Shown here in pieces: positions 1-8,882 of a stretch of 64,000 nucleotides of DNA. The notes below the pieces were generated by a model. It was not told the origin of the DNA and searched no databases. It saw nothing but the letters and a program-made list of their open reading frames with translations. This DNA is from an uncultured Bacilli bacterium. Lineage in GTDB: Bacteria; Bacillota_I; Bacilli_A; RF39; UBA660. Position numbers and translations under genes: made by a program. Numbering within the stretch: the first letter of the stretch is position 1; each line of letters starts with the position of its first letter. The stretch lies in NCBI GenBank assembly GCA_944332265.1, contig CALVJQ010000003.1, positions 9,083-73,082 on the forward strand, in the 5' to 3' direction.

Positions 1-94
1 TAAATAAAACAATAAGACCTACAAAAGCAATTGTTAAGCAAGTAGTAAAGTACTTACTTTCATATATTTTATCAATTATATTTAGTATATTCAT
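1..94 (-). CDS. hypothetical protein, N-terminal fragment (continues beyond window start)
   Basis: ATG at 94 preceded by GAGGTG; open to position 1 (MNILNIIDKIYESKYFTTCLTIAFVGLIVLF...). Too short to classify. Confidence 0.25.
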   Translation of the reverse strand, partial: MNILNIIDKIYESKYFTTCLTIAFVGLIVLF

Positions 95-153
95 CCTGCA
101 CCTCTTATTATTCATTATATTATAAGAATATCACAAAATACGGATTAAGCCAA

Positions 154-183
154 TAAAAAATAACTTAAAAATATTTAAGTTAT
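154..183 (-). terminator. rho-independent terminator after yneF
   Basis: Inverted repeat ATAACTTAAA/TTTAAGTTAT (160..169 / 174..183), followed on the minus strand by a T-run (plus-strand A-run 154..160). Confidence 0.5.
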
Positions 184-395
184 TAACGATATTTATTCAT
201 TTGGTTCATTACTTGACGAACTTGTTTTTGACTTGGTTTACGACCCATGCTACTCATCATTGCTTCAATCATTTTTTCATTAATAGGAGGATTGTCCTCT
301 AATTGCTTTGTAAATATTTTTTTAGTAACAAAGAAACCAATAACAAGACCTATTAGTAGACCAAGTAGAACATATAATAAATCTGCCCACCACAT
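183..395 (-). CDS. yneF: UPF0154 family small membrane protein YneF
   Basis: 70 aa with an N-terminal TM helix, then KNPPINE..M...M.QMG.KPSQK, the typical UPF0154/YneF signature. AGGAG RBS. Sits downstream of tkt as in Bacillus. Confidence 0.85.
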   Translation of the reverse strand: MWWADLLYVLLGLLIGLVIGFFVTKKIFTKQLEDNPPINEKMIEAMMSSMGRKPSQKQVRQVMNQMNKYR

Positions 396-452
396 AATAG
401 CACTCTCCTTTGTATGTTTATTTTACTAAATATTTGTCTTTTAAACAAGTAT

Positions 453-866
453 TTATAATAATTCTGTTAACCAAAAATAGTCTTTATTATTAAAATCACA
501 AACGAAAATATTTTCTTTTTTATTAATTGTTTTTAGGAATGTAGGTAAATTCTTAGTACTTTTAATATATAGAAAATTAGAATTAATGATTAGTTTTGAT
601 TTTTCTTCAGTATAATAATCATTTATAATATGAGTATCTTTTACTTTAGTATATGTGTATTTATTTTTATAGTATTCATAGATATTATTATCAAGAAGAC
701 TTTTATTGAAGGTTTCTCTTATTTGATTAAAGAATAAGGACGTATAAGTTAATTCTTCAGTTTTTAAATGATAAATATTTTCAATTGCTTTATATAAGTT
801 ATAGGGATTATTTTTAGTTAATTCGAAGTATATTTTTTTTATTTTAAATAGATAAAATGTACGCAT
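453..866 (-). CDS. hypothetical protein; possible SirA/YneE-like sporulation inhibitor of replication (positional inference)
   Basis: 137 aa with a GGTGAT RBS. Occupies the tkt-[yneE/sirA]-yneF slot known from Bacillus subtilis. The C-terminal CDFNNKDYFWL resembles my recollection of that family, but I cannot verify this. Confidence 0.35.
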   Translation of the reverse strand: MRTFYLFKIKKIYFELTKNNPYNLYKAIENIYHLKTEELTYTSLFFNQIRETFNKSLLDNNIYEYYKNKYTYTKVKDTHIINDYYTEEKSKLIINSNFLYIKSTKNLPTFLKTINKKENIFVCDFNNKDYFWLTELL

Positions 867-919
867 TTTAAAATCACCAAAATAAGTATAATTTATTATT
901 GGTGATTTATTTTGTCGAA

Positions 920-2905
920 TTATTGTTGTTTTAGATTATTTATGATTTTATTTAAGATAGTTTCGTAATCGAATTTGACTTTTTCTAAAACATCTTCTTT
1001 TAGTCCACTATAACCAAAGGTGTCAATCCCTATGGCACAATTTTTAGAAGCAAAACGATACCATGGTAAAGTAGATGAAGCTTCAATAGTAAATACTTTA
1101 GCATTGGATGGAATAACTTCTTCTTGGTATGCTGGTGGTTGAGCTAAAAATAGTTCGACTGATGGCATAGATACTAAGCGAGTATCTATACCTTTAGCAC
1201 GTAATTCTTCACTAATTAGATAAGTTGTAGTAAAGTCGATACCTGTACTTATTAATACAGCATCTAAGCGATTAGTTTCTCTTTTAACAATGTATGCTCC
1301 TTTTTGGGTTTGTTCGCCACTAGTTCCAGCAAGGATATGGGCTTCTTCTTTTGAAAGAACGATAGCTACTGGTTTTTTATTATTAACAATATAATCCCAA
1401 CATCCAATTACTTCATTAATATCAGCAGGACGAAATACTATTAAATTGGGAGTTGTACGTAACATAGCTAGTTGTTCAATTGGTTCATGAGTGGGACCAT
1501 CTTGCCCAATAGTTACAGAGTCATGAGTAAAAATATAAGTTATAGGTAAATTCATCATTGCTGTTAAGCGTAAAGCTGGTTTTAGATAGTCGGCAAAAAC
1601 TAAGAAAGTTGAACCAAATACTCTTAAACCACTTAAAGCCATTCCGTTTAAAATAGCTGCCATGGCATGTTCACGAACGCCAAAAGAAATATTACGTCCT
1701 GTTGGATAACGGCGATTAAATTCTACATCTTTATATAAAGCGGTATGACATGATGTAGATAAATCAGCACTACCACCAAGAAAGAATTTAGTTCGATCAC
1801 TTATGATATTCATTATTTTAGAATTTGATTCGCGTAATTCTTCACTATAATTATTTTGAATTTTAAAGTTAGAACTGCTAAATTTTAGATTATCATTACC
1901 AGTTTCAATAAAATTTAAAACGTCAATAAAAGGATCGTTAGCATAATTCTTTTTTAAGGTTTCGAAGTACTTTTGCCATATTTTATAGGTATCTCCCATT
2001 CGATTTTTTATTGTTTTACGGACGTAATTGACGGCATTTTCAGTTATCTCCATGGTATTAGTGTTGATGTTATATTTTTGACGAACATTAAGCATGTCTT
2101 CTTTACTTAGAGGTTTACCATGAACAACATTTTCACCTTCGTGTTTAGAACCACGACCAATAGTTGTTTTTATTTCAATTAAAGTTGGTTTACGGTTTAC
2201 TTTGGCACGTTCAATAGCTTTATCTATTTCACGAGTATCATTGCCTTCACCAACGAAGTCAACTTCCCAACCCATATCAATATATTTTTGTAAAATGTTT
2301 TCACTAAAGGAACTTTTTAATTTACCATCAAGGGTTATATCATTTGAATCATAAAGAACAATTAAATTGGCTAAGGCGTGATGTCCAGCTAAGGAAGCTG
2401 CTTCCATAGCAACACCTTCCATTAAATCGCCATCGGAACATAGGCAGTATACATAGTAATCGATAAGTTTTTGTTTAGGTATTTCTTCATCGATTAGTGA
2501 TTTTATATATCTCTGAGCCATAGCCATACCTACAGCATTGGCGAATCCCTGGCCTAAAGGTCCAGTTGATACTTCTACTCCAGGAGTTACGCCATATTCA
2601 GGGTGACCTGGAGTTTTAGAACCAATTTTTCTAAAATCAACTAAATCATCGATAGATATATCATAGCCGGCCATAAAAAGCATAGCATATAATAAGGCTG
2701 ATCCGTGACCAGCGCTTAAAACAAAGCGATCACGATTAGGCCATTTTGGGTCGGCAGGATTAAAACGTAAATGATTAGTAAAAAGAGAAAAAATAATGGG
2801 AGCTGCTCCTAGACAAATACCAGGATGACCACTTTTGGCATAAGAAATCATATCGACACTTAAAACTCTTAAACTACTAAGGGAATGAACTAGTTCTGGA
2901 TTCAT
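920..2905 (-). CDS. tkt: transketolase
   Basis: 661 aa. N-terminal SLRVLSVDMISYAKSGHPG thiamine-PP motif, GDG..EG motif, full-length three-domain architecture, AGGAGAG RBS. Confidence 0.97.
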   Translation of the reverse strand: MNPELVHSLSSLRVLSVDMISYAKSGHPGICLGAAPIIFSLFTNHLRFNPADPKWPNRDRFVLSAGHGSALLYAMLFMAGYDISIDDLVDFRKIGSKTPGHPEYGVTPGVEVSTGPLGQGFANAVGMAMAQRYIKSLIDEEIPKQKLIDYYVYCLCSDGDLMEGVAMEAASLAGHHALANLIVLYDSNDITLDGKLKSSFSENILQKYIDMGWEVDFVGEGNDTREIDKAIERAKVNRKPTLIEIKTTIGRGSKHEGENVVHGKPLSKEDMLNVRQKYNINTNTMEITENAVNYVRKTIKNRMGDTYKIWQKYFETLKKNYANDPFIDVLNFIETGNDNLKFSSSNFKIQNNYSEELRESNSKIMNIISDRTKFFLGGSADLSTSCHTALYKDVEFNRRYPTGRNISFGVREHAMAAILNGMALSGLRVFGSTFLVFADYLKPALRLTAMMNLPITYIFTHDSVTIGQDGPTHEPIEQLAMLRTTPNLIVFRPADINEVIGCWDYIVNNKKPVAIVLSKEEAHILAGTSGEQTQKGAYIVKRETNRLDAVLISTGIDFTTTYLISEELRAKGIDTRLVSMPSVELFLAQPPAYQEEVIPSNAKVFTIEASSTLPWYRFASKNCAIGIDTFGYSGLKEDVLEKVKFDYETILNKIINNLKQQ

Positions 2906-2964
2906 ATTAACACTCTCCTACTTTATTAATTATAGCAGTTTTTTAAAAGGATGAAAATCAATTT

Positions 2965-3717
2965 TTATTCTTTTAAAGCAATTAATGATAAATTACGTCC
3001 AGATTCGTTTTTAGAAGCTCGATAAGAGTGATATGTATTATATTCGCATTTAGTACAAATTGGACTTATTTCAATATTATCTTCTTTTAAACCAGCTTTA
3101 ATTAGTAAATATTTGTTTAATTCTTTGGTATCAATATAATATTTTATTAAAGAATTATTTATTTTTTTATTTTCAGTAAAATCATCTATAAAAGGAAATT
3201 TCTCTTTAAATAGCAAATATACATCTTCATCGACTTCAAAGCAACATTTACCTATTGAAGGAGAAATACAGGCGATAATGTCTTGAGGATTAGAATTAAA
3301 TTTATCTTGCATAAGATTTATGGTATTAAGAACAATAGTATTTAAAGTTCCTTTCCAGCCACTATGGATATTAGCTATTACCTCATTTATAGGATCGTAA
3401 AGAAAGATACTTTGACAATCAGCTGTAGTCATAGTTAGAGCAACACCTTTTAAATTAGTAATTAAGGCATCACAATCTATAATTTCAGTATCTAGATTTT
3501 CTTGGTTAATAATAACAACATTAGATGAATGTGTTTGGTAACTACTCTTAATTTTTTTAAATTGATAATTTTGATCTTTAGCTATAGTTTGATAAATGGT
3601 ATCGCGCTTTTTTTTGGTAACTTGGTTAAGGTTAACATTAATTGGTTTTTTAGTATATACTTGAATAATTTGGGGATATTTTTTTAAAATAGTAAATTGA
3701 TAGTATTTATCTTGCAT
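2965..3717 (-). CDS. pgeF: YfiH/YlmD/PgeF family (DUF152, laccase-domain) purine nucleoside phosphorylase / peptidoglycan editing factor
   Basis: 250 aa with HSGWKGT and the C..C / H Zn-site pattern typical of DUF152. Confidence 0.85.
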   Translation of the reverse strand: MQDKYYQFTILKKYPQIIQVYTKKPINVNLNQVTKKKRDTIYQTIAKDQNYQFKKIKSSYQTHSSNVVIINQENLDTEIIDCDALITNLKGVALTMTTADCQSIFLYDPINEVIANIHSGWKGTLNTIVLNTINLMQDKFNSNPQDIIACISPSIGKCCFEVDEDVYLLFKEKFPFIDDFTENKKINNSLIKYYIDTKELNKYLLIKAGLKEDNIEISPICTKCEYNTYHSYRASKNESGRNLSLIALKE

Positions 3718-3733
3718 TTTTTCCCTTCTTTCA

Positions 3734-3759
3734 TAAAAAAGATACTTATTAAGTATCTT
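3734..3759 (-). terminator. rho-independent terminator after the glycosyltransferase gene
   Basis: AAGATACTT/AAGTATCTT stem (3739..3747 / 3751..3759) followed on the minus strand by TTTTTT. Confidence 0.5.
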
Positions 3760-4895
3760 TATTGATTTAATATTTTAATTGCTAATTTATATAATTTTTC
3801 CATTGCTTCATGATTTTTATTCTTATTCATGTTCTTTTTCATCTCATCAATAATAGCAGGATTATCAGAAATCTTTTTCATATAACGATAGAACATAAAG
3901 GATGTTCTAAATCTTTTACCATAGCCATTTTTTTCAAAGTATTTAAAGTTAGCAATTTCTTGACCACCACTACAATTAATCATAATAATCGGCTTTTTAA
4001 AATAAAGACTTTCAGTTGTTTGGGCACCACCTGGTTTGGAAACAACAAAATCACAGATTTGTAATAATTCTGGAACATTATTTACAAAGCCAAGAGTTTT
4101 TATATTTTTTATCCCGTATTCTTCAATCCAACGGTCAACTTTAGCTTTAGCATCTTGATTTTTACCAGCAACATAGATAAAGTCAATATTTAAATTACTT
4201 TTTATTATTTTACGAATATATGGTAGTGATAGGGTTCCACCATTTCCTCCACCACCAAAGAATAGACAGATAGGTTTAGAACCATCGAAGCCATATTTAA
4301 GAGTAGATGATAAGATATCAAAATCACTACTAGTTACAGGATTAATAGGTATACCAATAGGTTTGATTTTACTACGATCAACGCCTTTTTTAACTAAATA
4401 TTTAACCTCATCTTTATCTCCAACTATAATAGCTTGTTCTCGTTTATAACCCCTTAACCATAAAGCATGAGCTTCATAATCAGTTACTACAGTTATTAAC
4501 TTAGAATGAGTTATTCCTTTACGATTGTAAAAATCAATTAAGCTACTACCAAAAAAATGAGTTGATATTGTCATATCAGGATTAAAATCAGTAATAATTT
4601 TCTTCATTCTTTTATTTTTAAACAAGTTCATACTTGTTTTATTAGCGATTGCTGAGCTTATTTTAGTATCAAAAAGATTATATATAATAGACCACCCAAA
4701 AGGAAATTTTAGTAGAAAAAAGTCAGTGACTTTCTGACTTAAACGTCCAAGAACTGGTGTAGAGTATTTTAATAAATCAATGGCAAGAATTTCTAATTCG
4801 GGATCTTGGCTTTTAAAATAGCTTTCGATATATTCTGCAATAGCACGATGACCATTACCATACATTGCATAAGTTAGTAAGATTCTCTTTTTCAT
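3759..4895 (-). CDS. ugtP: MGDG-synthase family diacylglycerol glycosyltransferase (UgtP-like)
   Basis: 378 aa. N-terminal ILLTYAMYGNGHRAIAEYI (MGDG_synth motif) and a C-terminal GT28-type domain (GGGGNGG, SKPGG..T.E). Confidence 0.75.
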   Translation of the reverse strand: MKKRILLTYAMYGNGHRAIAEYIESYFKSQDPELEILAIDLLKYSTPVLGRLSQKVTDFFLLKFPFGWSIIYNLFDTKISSAIANKTSMNLFKNKRMKKIITDFNPDMTISTHFFGSSLIDFYNRKGITHSKLITVVTDYEAHALWLRGYKREQAIIVGDKDEVKYLVKKGVDRSKIKPIGIPINPVTSSDFDILSSTLKYGFDGSKPICLFFGGGGNGGTLSLPYIRKIIKSNLNIDFIYVAGKNQDAKAKVDRWIEEYGIKNIKTLGFVNNVPELLQICDFVVSKPGGAQTTESLYFKKPIIMINCSGGQEIANFKYFEKNGYGKRFRTSFMFYRYMKKISDNPAIIDEMKKNMNKNKNHEAMEKLYKLAIKILNQ

Positions 4896-4944
4896 GTCAT
4901 CAACCTCTACATTGATTATACAATATTATTTGGCATTTTTAAAC

Positions 4945-4971
4945 TAAAAAAAATATCAGAGTTCTGATATT
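4945..4971 (-). terminator. rho-independent terminator after the small SOS-candidate peptide gene
   Basis: ATATCAG-AGTT-CTGATAT hairpin (4953..4970), then TTTTTTTT on the minus strand. Confidence 0.6.
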
Positions 4972-5104
4972 AATTTCCAAAAGCAACAATATTTTGTGTT
5001 TCGTTTATGTATTCTAAGCGATAATTAATAGCAATTACACCAACGATAATTAGCAAATAAAAGAGAATAACTCCTGCCACATTCTTTATTGTTTCACTTT
5101 TCAT
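4970..5104 (-). CDS. 44-aa single-pass membrane peptide, candidate SOS-induced cell-division inhibitor (YneA/SosA/SidA-type role)
   Basis: The internal ATG at 5104 has a strong RBS (AGGAGTGG, 8-nt spacing); the 5179 start in the ORF track has none. MKSETIKNVAGVILFYLLIIVGVIAINYRLEYINETQNIVAFGN contains one TM helix. Divergent from lexA, with its own promoter and terminator. Confidence 0.55.
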   Translation of the reverse strand: MKSETIKNVAGVILFYLLIIVGVIAINYRLEYINETQNIVAFGN

Positions 5105-5134
5105 TATAACCACTCCTATCCTTTTACCATCTTC

Positions 5135-5163
5135 ATTATATATCGTATATTTGTTCGTGTCAA
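5135..5163 (-). promoter_or_regulatory. consensus sigma-A type promoter for the 44-aa peptide gene
   Basis: Minus strand reads TTGACA (5158..5163), a 17-nt spacer, then TATAAT (5135..5140). The spacer is CGAACAAATATACGATA. Confidence 0.65.
5144..5157. promoter_or_regulatory. candidate LexA operator (Cheo-box-like) inside the promoter spacer
   Basis: CGAACAAATATACG versus the Firmicute consensus CGAAC-N4-GTTCG: the left half-site is perfect and the right half matches 3/5. Confidence 0.4.
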
Positions 5164-5172
5164 GATAAAAAG

Positions 5173-5212
5173 AAAACATTTGTTTGACATTTGACAGGGG
5201 CTATGATATTAT
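5173..5212 (+). promoter_or_regulatory. lexA promoter with candidate autoregulatory operator
   Basis: TTGACA (5184..5189), 17-nt spacer, TATTAT (5207..5212). AAAACATTTGTTTG (5173..5186, AAC-N4-GTT core palindrome) overlaps the -35. Confidence 0.45.
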
Positions 5213-5231
5213 TTTTATGGAGGTAAGCTTA

Positions 5232-5855
5232 ATGGATAAGAATATTACAAAAAGACAAGAAGATGTTCTTACTTATATCAAGAAATATGTTGTTGAACAT
5301 GGTTATCCCCCTTCAACTAGGGAAATTGGTTCAGCCTTAGGACTTTCTTCACCTGCTACTGTTCATACGCATTTAAAAAAGCTTGAAGATGCAGGATGTA
5401 TTAGAAAGACAAATTCTAAGTTTAGAACAATTGAAATAGTTGGTGAAAATGAATTTGCTAAAAAAGATGATGAAGAGTTAGTTAAAGTTCCCCTACTTGG
5501 GAGAATATCTTGTGGGAATCCAATAGAAGCGATTGAAAATCCTGATGATTGGTTCACTTTACCAGCTAGTTTAATTCCAGCTCGTGAAACAATATTTACT
5601 TTAAAAGCTAGTGGAGAGTCAATGATTAATAAAGGAATTTATGATGGGGATATTGTTATTGTTCAAAAACAAAAAGTAGCTCGTAATGGCGATATAGTTG
5701 TTGCTATGACTGATGATAATGAGGTCACATTAAAGACTTTTTATAAGGAAAAAGATCATATTCGTCTACAACCGGAAAATGATACTATGAGTCCGATTAT
5801 ATTAGATAATTGCATGATATTAGGAAAAGCTATTGGATTATATCGTAGTTTATAA
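5232..5855 (+). CDS. lexA: LexA repressor
   Basis: Winged-helix N-terminus (PPSTREIG..LGLSSPATVH.HL..LE), S24 peptidase Ser (ASGESMI) and Lys (VTLKTF). Likely start is ATG 5232 behind GGAGGT, not the 5184 of the ORF track. Confidence 0.95.
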   Translation: MDKNITKRQEDVLTYIKKYVVEHGYPPSTREIGSALGLSSPATVHTHLKKLEDAGCIRKTNSKFRTIEIVGENEFAKKDDEELVKVPLLGRISCGNPIEAIENPDDWFTLPASLIPARETIFTLKASGESMINKGIYDGDIVIVQKQKVARNGDIVVAMTDDNEVTLKTFYKEKDHIRLQPENDTMSPIILDNCMILGKAIGLYRSL

Positions 5856-5862
5856 ATAAAAA

Positions 5863-5890
5863 AAATTTAGAGGAAATTCTAAATTTTTTT
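5863..5890. terminator. bidirectional terminator between lexA and the rhomboid gene
   Basis: AAATTTAGA-GGAAAT-TCTAAATTT hairpin flanked by an A-run and a T-run. Confidence 0.6.
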
Positions 5891-7049
5891 ATTTGAACAT
5901 AATAACGTATATTAAGATTCCTATGAAGGCTAATAGGCATATCATACCATTTATTTTTTCAAAGGTTTTTGATTTACCGTCTATACCTAGAGCCATTGTA
6001 CATAAGATTCCACCAATTAAACCACCAATATGACCAAAATTGTCGATTCCAGCGATTAAATAGCCAATTAATAAGTTAATTAAAATGATAGGAATGATTT
6101 GCTTTTTTATTGCTTCTCCTAAATATGTACGATAATGATAGCCGAAATATAACAGTGCACCAGCTAAACCAAAAATAGCACCTGATGCTCCAACGGAGAT
6201 TGTATTGCTACCAGTTGCAGCAGATAATAAGCCACCACATATACCACTTACAAAGTAAACGACAATAAATTTCCAACGACCAAGAAAGTTTTCAACAGAA
6301 GCTCCTAAAGCATAAAGAGAATACATATTAACGATTAAATGGAGTAAGGATGCATGTAAAAACATATAAGTTATAACACGCCAAACTTCTCCCTGTCTTA
6401 TTAGAGGAGCAAAATTTGCGCCCATTTTTAAAGCAGTATAATTAGTTATACTTCTTAGAGCATCAATGCCATCAAAAATACAACAAATACCAAACATAAG
6501 AACACAAGCCATAATTAATATATAAGTAAAGATAATTTTCTTAGGTTTAAAGGTACGTTCGTATACTTTATTTTCTTTTTCTGTCTTTTCATTAATATCT
6601 TTAGTTACATTAATTATTAAGTCTATTCCACTAGTATCTTTTAGTAATTTTTCATTAATATTTGGAAAAGCTTCTAAAATACCTTTATTAGTAATATTTA
6701 AAGAGTCATCAGATAAAGCTACTGGTTGAATATGTTTAGTTGGTTCTAATTCTAAATCTTCATTAACATCTAATAAGATATTTAAAGTATTTACATTAAA
6801 AGAGAAAGTTTTCTTCTTTATTTGTTTTACAATACTTTCTATTTTAAAATAATCATAATTTAATTGTTCTTTATTAAAAATATTATTTGAGTTAATTCTT
6901 ACGATACGGTATGGTCCGTCTTGATTCTCAAGCCAGATTTCATCTTTAACACCATTAACGACAATAGGATTATAATTTTCTTCAGTAACAAAGTAATGAA
7001 CTAGTTTCATTATTACTTCATCTTTTTTGTTCATAACAACTGTACTCAT
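5889..7049 (-). CDS. rhomboid family intramembrane serine protease with N-terminal cytoplasmic domain
   Basis: 386 aa. FLHAS.LHL..NM (H..N) and GASGAIFGL catalytic Ser motif, GHIGG His. GluP-like architecture. Confidence 0.9.
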   Translation of the reverse strand: MSTVVMNKKDEVIMKLVHYFVTEENYNPIVVNGVKDEIWLENQDGPYRIVRINSNNIFNKEQLNYDYFKIESIVKQIKKKTFSFNVNTLNILLDVNEDLELEPTKHIQPVALSDDSLNITNKGILEAFPNINEKLLKDTSGIDLIINVTKDINEKTEKENKVYERTFKPKKIIFTYILIMACVLMFGICCIFDGIDALRSITNYTALKMGANFAPLIRQGEVWRVITYMFLHASLLHLIVNMYSLYALGASVENFLGRWKFIVVYFVSGICGGLLSAATGSNTISVGASGAIFGLAGALLYFGYHYRTYLGEAIKKQIIPIILINLLIGYLIAGIDNFGHIGGLIGGILCTMALGIDGKSKTFEKINGMICLLAFIGILIYVIMFK

Positions 7050-7209
7050 AATTATTTTCCCTCCTCTTTAATTTTATAATAAATTATTTTTTTGTCAAAT
7101 ATTTAACTTAATTTTTAATTATTTTTCATTTTTTGCAGTTAAAATTTTAGTTTATGATAATTAACATATTTCATTTAAAACTACATATTAATTAATATGA
7201 GGTGAATAT

Positions 7210-7527
7210 ATGAAATATTTAATTATTAGTTATCTAATTATTAGTGGATTAGTTTTCTTTTTATTTGGTCATCTCATTTATAAGAAGAAAATGAAAAATG
7301 ATTTATTATTTTTTGTATTTACAAATTATATATTAACTTTTTCTTTTTTAACTTTTTTCTTTTATTATAAAGATATTGTTTTTAGTATTATAAATATTTT
7401 ATTTTTATTAGTAAATAATCTTTTTTTATTTTATGAGATAAAATTAAGTAAAGATAAATATCTTTTATTATTCGTACCTTATATTATTTATATATTTATA
7501 ATTTTTATTTTATTGTTCTTCATCTAA
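7210..7527 (+). CDS. small hydrophobic membrane protein (3 TM), unknown function
   Basis: GAGGTG RBS 6 nt upstream of the ATG and a plausible TTGCAG-17-GATAAT promoter at 7133..7161. The 3' end overlaps the rluD 3' end by 18 nt (convergent). The F/L/I-rich composition could also arise by chance in AT-rich DNA. Confidence 0.45.
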   Translation: MKYLIISYLIISGLVFFLFGHLIYKKKMKNDLLFFVFTNYILTFSFLTFFFYYKDIVFSIINILFLLVNNLFLFYEIKLSKDKYLLLFVPYIIYIFIIFILLFFI

Positions 7528-8406
7528 TTTAGATAAGAAGTCTTGGAAATATTCTGGTAATGGGGCTTCAAAGTGCATATGTTCTTTAGTTATTGGATGA
7601 ATGAAATCCATTTTATATGAATGAAGAAATTGACCAAATTCAGTAGCTTTTTTAGAATTATAAACAGGATCATTATATATAGGATACCCTATATAATTTA
7701 AATGAACTCTTATTTGATGAGTACGGCCAGTTTCTAGAAGACAACTAATTAAAGTGTAATCTTTATATCTTTTAAGGACACGAAGATGTGTTATAGCTTC
7801 TTTAGAATTATCAGCACGTACAGTAAATCTTTTACGGTCTTTTGGATCACGACCTATTGGCGCATCAATAGTTGCTGAGTCATGAGGAAAGCGACCACAT
7901 ATTAAAGCTAGATATTCTCTTTTTATATTTTGGTGATCTTTAAAATATTCAGTTAAAATTGTATGGGCTTTATTATTTTTAGCGACTAATAATAAACCAG
8001 AAGTGTCTTTATCAATACGATGGACTATACCTGGACGTTCTTCGCCATTTATATTACTTAAATTATTAGTATAATACATTAAACCATTAACTAAAGTATT
8101 ATTGTAATTACCAGATCCAGGATGAACAACTAAACCACTTGGTTTATTAATAACGATGATATCTTGATCTTCGTAGATAATATCAAGCGGCATTTTAGTT
8201 GGAGTTATATCTGTTTCTTCATGGAACCCATCTTTTATTTCAATTAGATCATTTTCTTTAACTTTATATGAAGCTTTTTCTATTTTATTATTAACTAGAA
8301 TATAATTATTATCTAGCATTTTTTCAATTGTTGTACGAGAATATTCTGTATTTGAAGCTAGATATTTATCTAGTCTTTCGTTTGGTTTTTGAACTTTTAT
8401 TTCCAT
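7510..8406 (-). CDS. rluD: RluA-family 23S rRNA pseudouridine synthase (RluD-like)
   Basis: N-terminal S4 domain (RLDKYL), catalytic HRIDKDTSGLLLVAKN, C-terminal GRTHQIRVH. Confidence 0.93.
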   Translation of the reverse strand: MEIKVQKPNERLDKYLASNTEYSRTTIEKMLDNNYILVNNKIEKASYKVKENDLIEIKDGFHEETDITPTKMPLDIIYEDQDIIVINKPSGLVVHPGSGNYNNTLVNGLMYYTNNLSNINGEERPGIVHRIDKDTSGLLLVAKNNKAHTILTEYFKDHQNIKREYLALICGRFPHDSATIDAPIGRDPKDRKRFTVRADNSKEAITHLRVLKRYKDYTLISCLLETGRTHQIRVHLNYIGYPIYNDPVYNSKKATEFGQFLHSYKMDFIHPITKEHMHFEAPLPEYFQDFLSKLDEEQ

Positions 8407-8857
8407 TTAAGTCTTCCCCCTTTATAACAGCAATTACCAGTAAGATAACACCGATAACAATACAGATATCAGCTATATTAAAAACAGGATAATTATAATT
8501 AAAAATATAGAAGTCAAAGAAGTCACGAACATAGCCGTATACTACTCTATCGATTAAGTTTCCTGCTAACCCACCATATAATAAACCAAAAGCAATATTA
8601 TTTCGTGTGTTTTGTTTAAAACAATAGATGAAATGATAAATAATAAAAATAGCTAAAATAGTACATAGAATAATAAGCCAGCTAGCATTGTTTAAAATTC
8701 CCCAAGCTGCTCCTTCATTATGACATAAAGTTAAAGAAAAGAATTTTGGAATTAAAACAATTTCTTTATTTAAGGTTAAATATATAGATGCAAACATTTT
8801 AGTTATTTGATCTAAAGCTAAGGCAATAGATGCACAAATTAAGATTTTTTTATTCAC
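8366..8857 (-). CDS. lspA: lipoprotein signal peptidase II
   Basis: HNEGAAWG and FNIADICI motifs, 4 TM. Likely start is GTG 8857 (GAGGTG RBS 7 nt upstream) rather than ATG 8878. Overlaps the rluD start, the usual lspA-rluD arrangement. Confidence 0.9.
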   Translation of the reverse strand: MNKKILICASIALALDQITKMFASIYLTLNKEIVLIPKFFSLTLCHNEGAAWGILNNASWLIILCTILAIFIIYHFIYCFKQNTRNNIAFGLLYGGLAGNLIDRVVYGYVRDFFDFYIFNYNYPVFNIADICIVIGVILLVIAVIKGEDLNGNKSSKTKRKTR

Positions 8858-8882
8858 GTGGTGACACCTCTGGTTCATTATA

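Noticed and set aside
867-919. Hairpin AATCACCAA..(18-nt loop)..TTGGTGATT between tkt and the 137-aa gene, considered as a terminator or attenuator
   Set aside because: The right arm contains the GGTGAT RBS of the downstream gene, the loop is long and the T-run is weak. It may modulate translation, but I cannot support a terminator call.
5105-5179. 69-aa version of the small ORF opposite lexA
   Set aside because: The ATG at 5179 has no RBS, and this segment contains the TTGACA-17-TATAAT promoter and the RBS serving the internal ATG 5104.
5184-5231. Extended lexA start (MTFDRGYDIIFMEVSL...) given by the ORF track
   Set aside because: This stretch contains the promoter -35/-10 elements and the GGAGGT RBS for ATG 5232. 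LexA homologues begin at MDK/MTK..LT.RQ.
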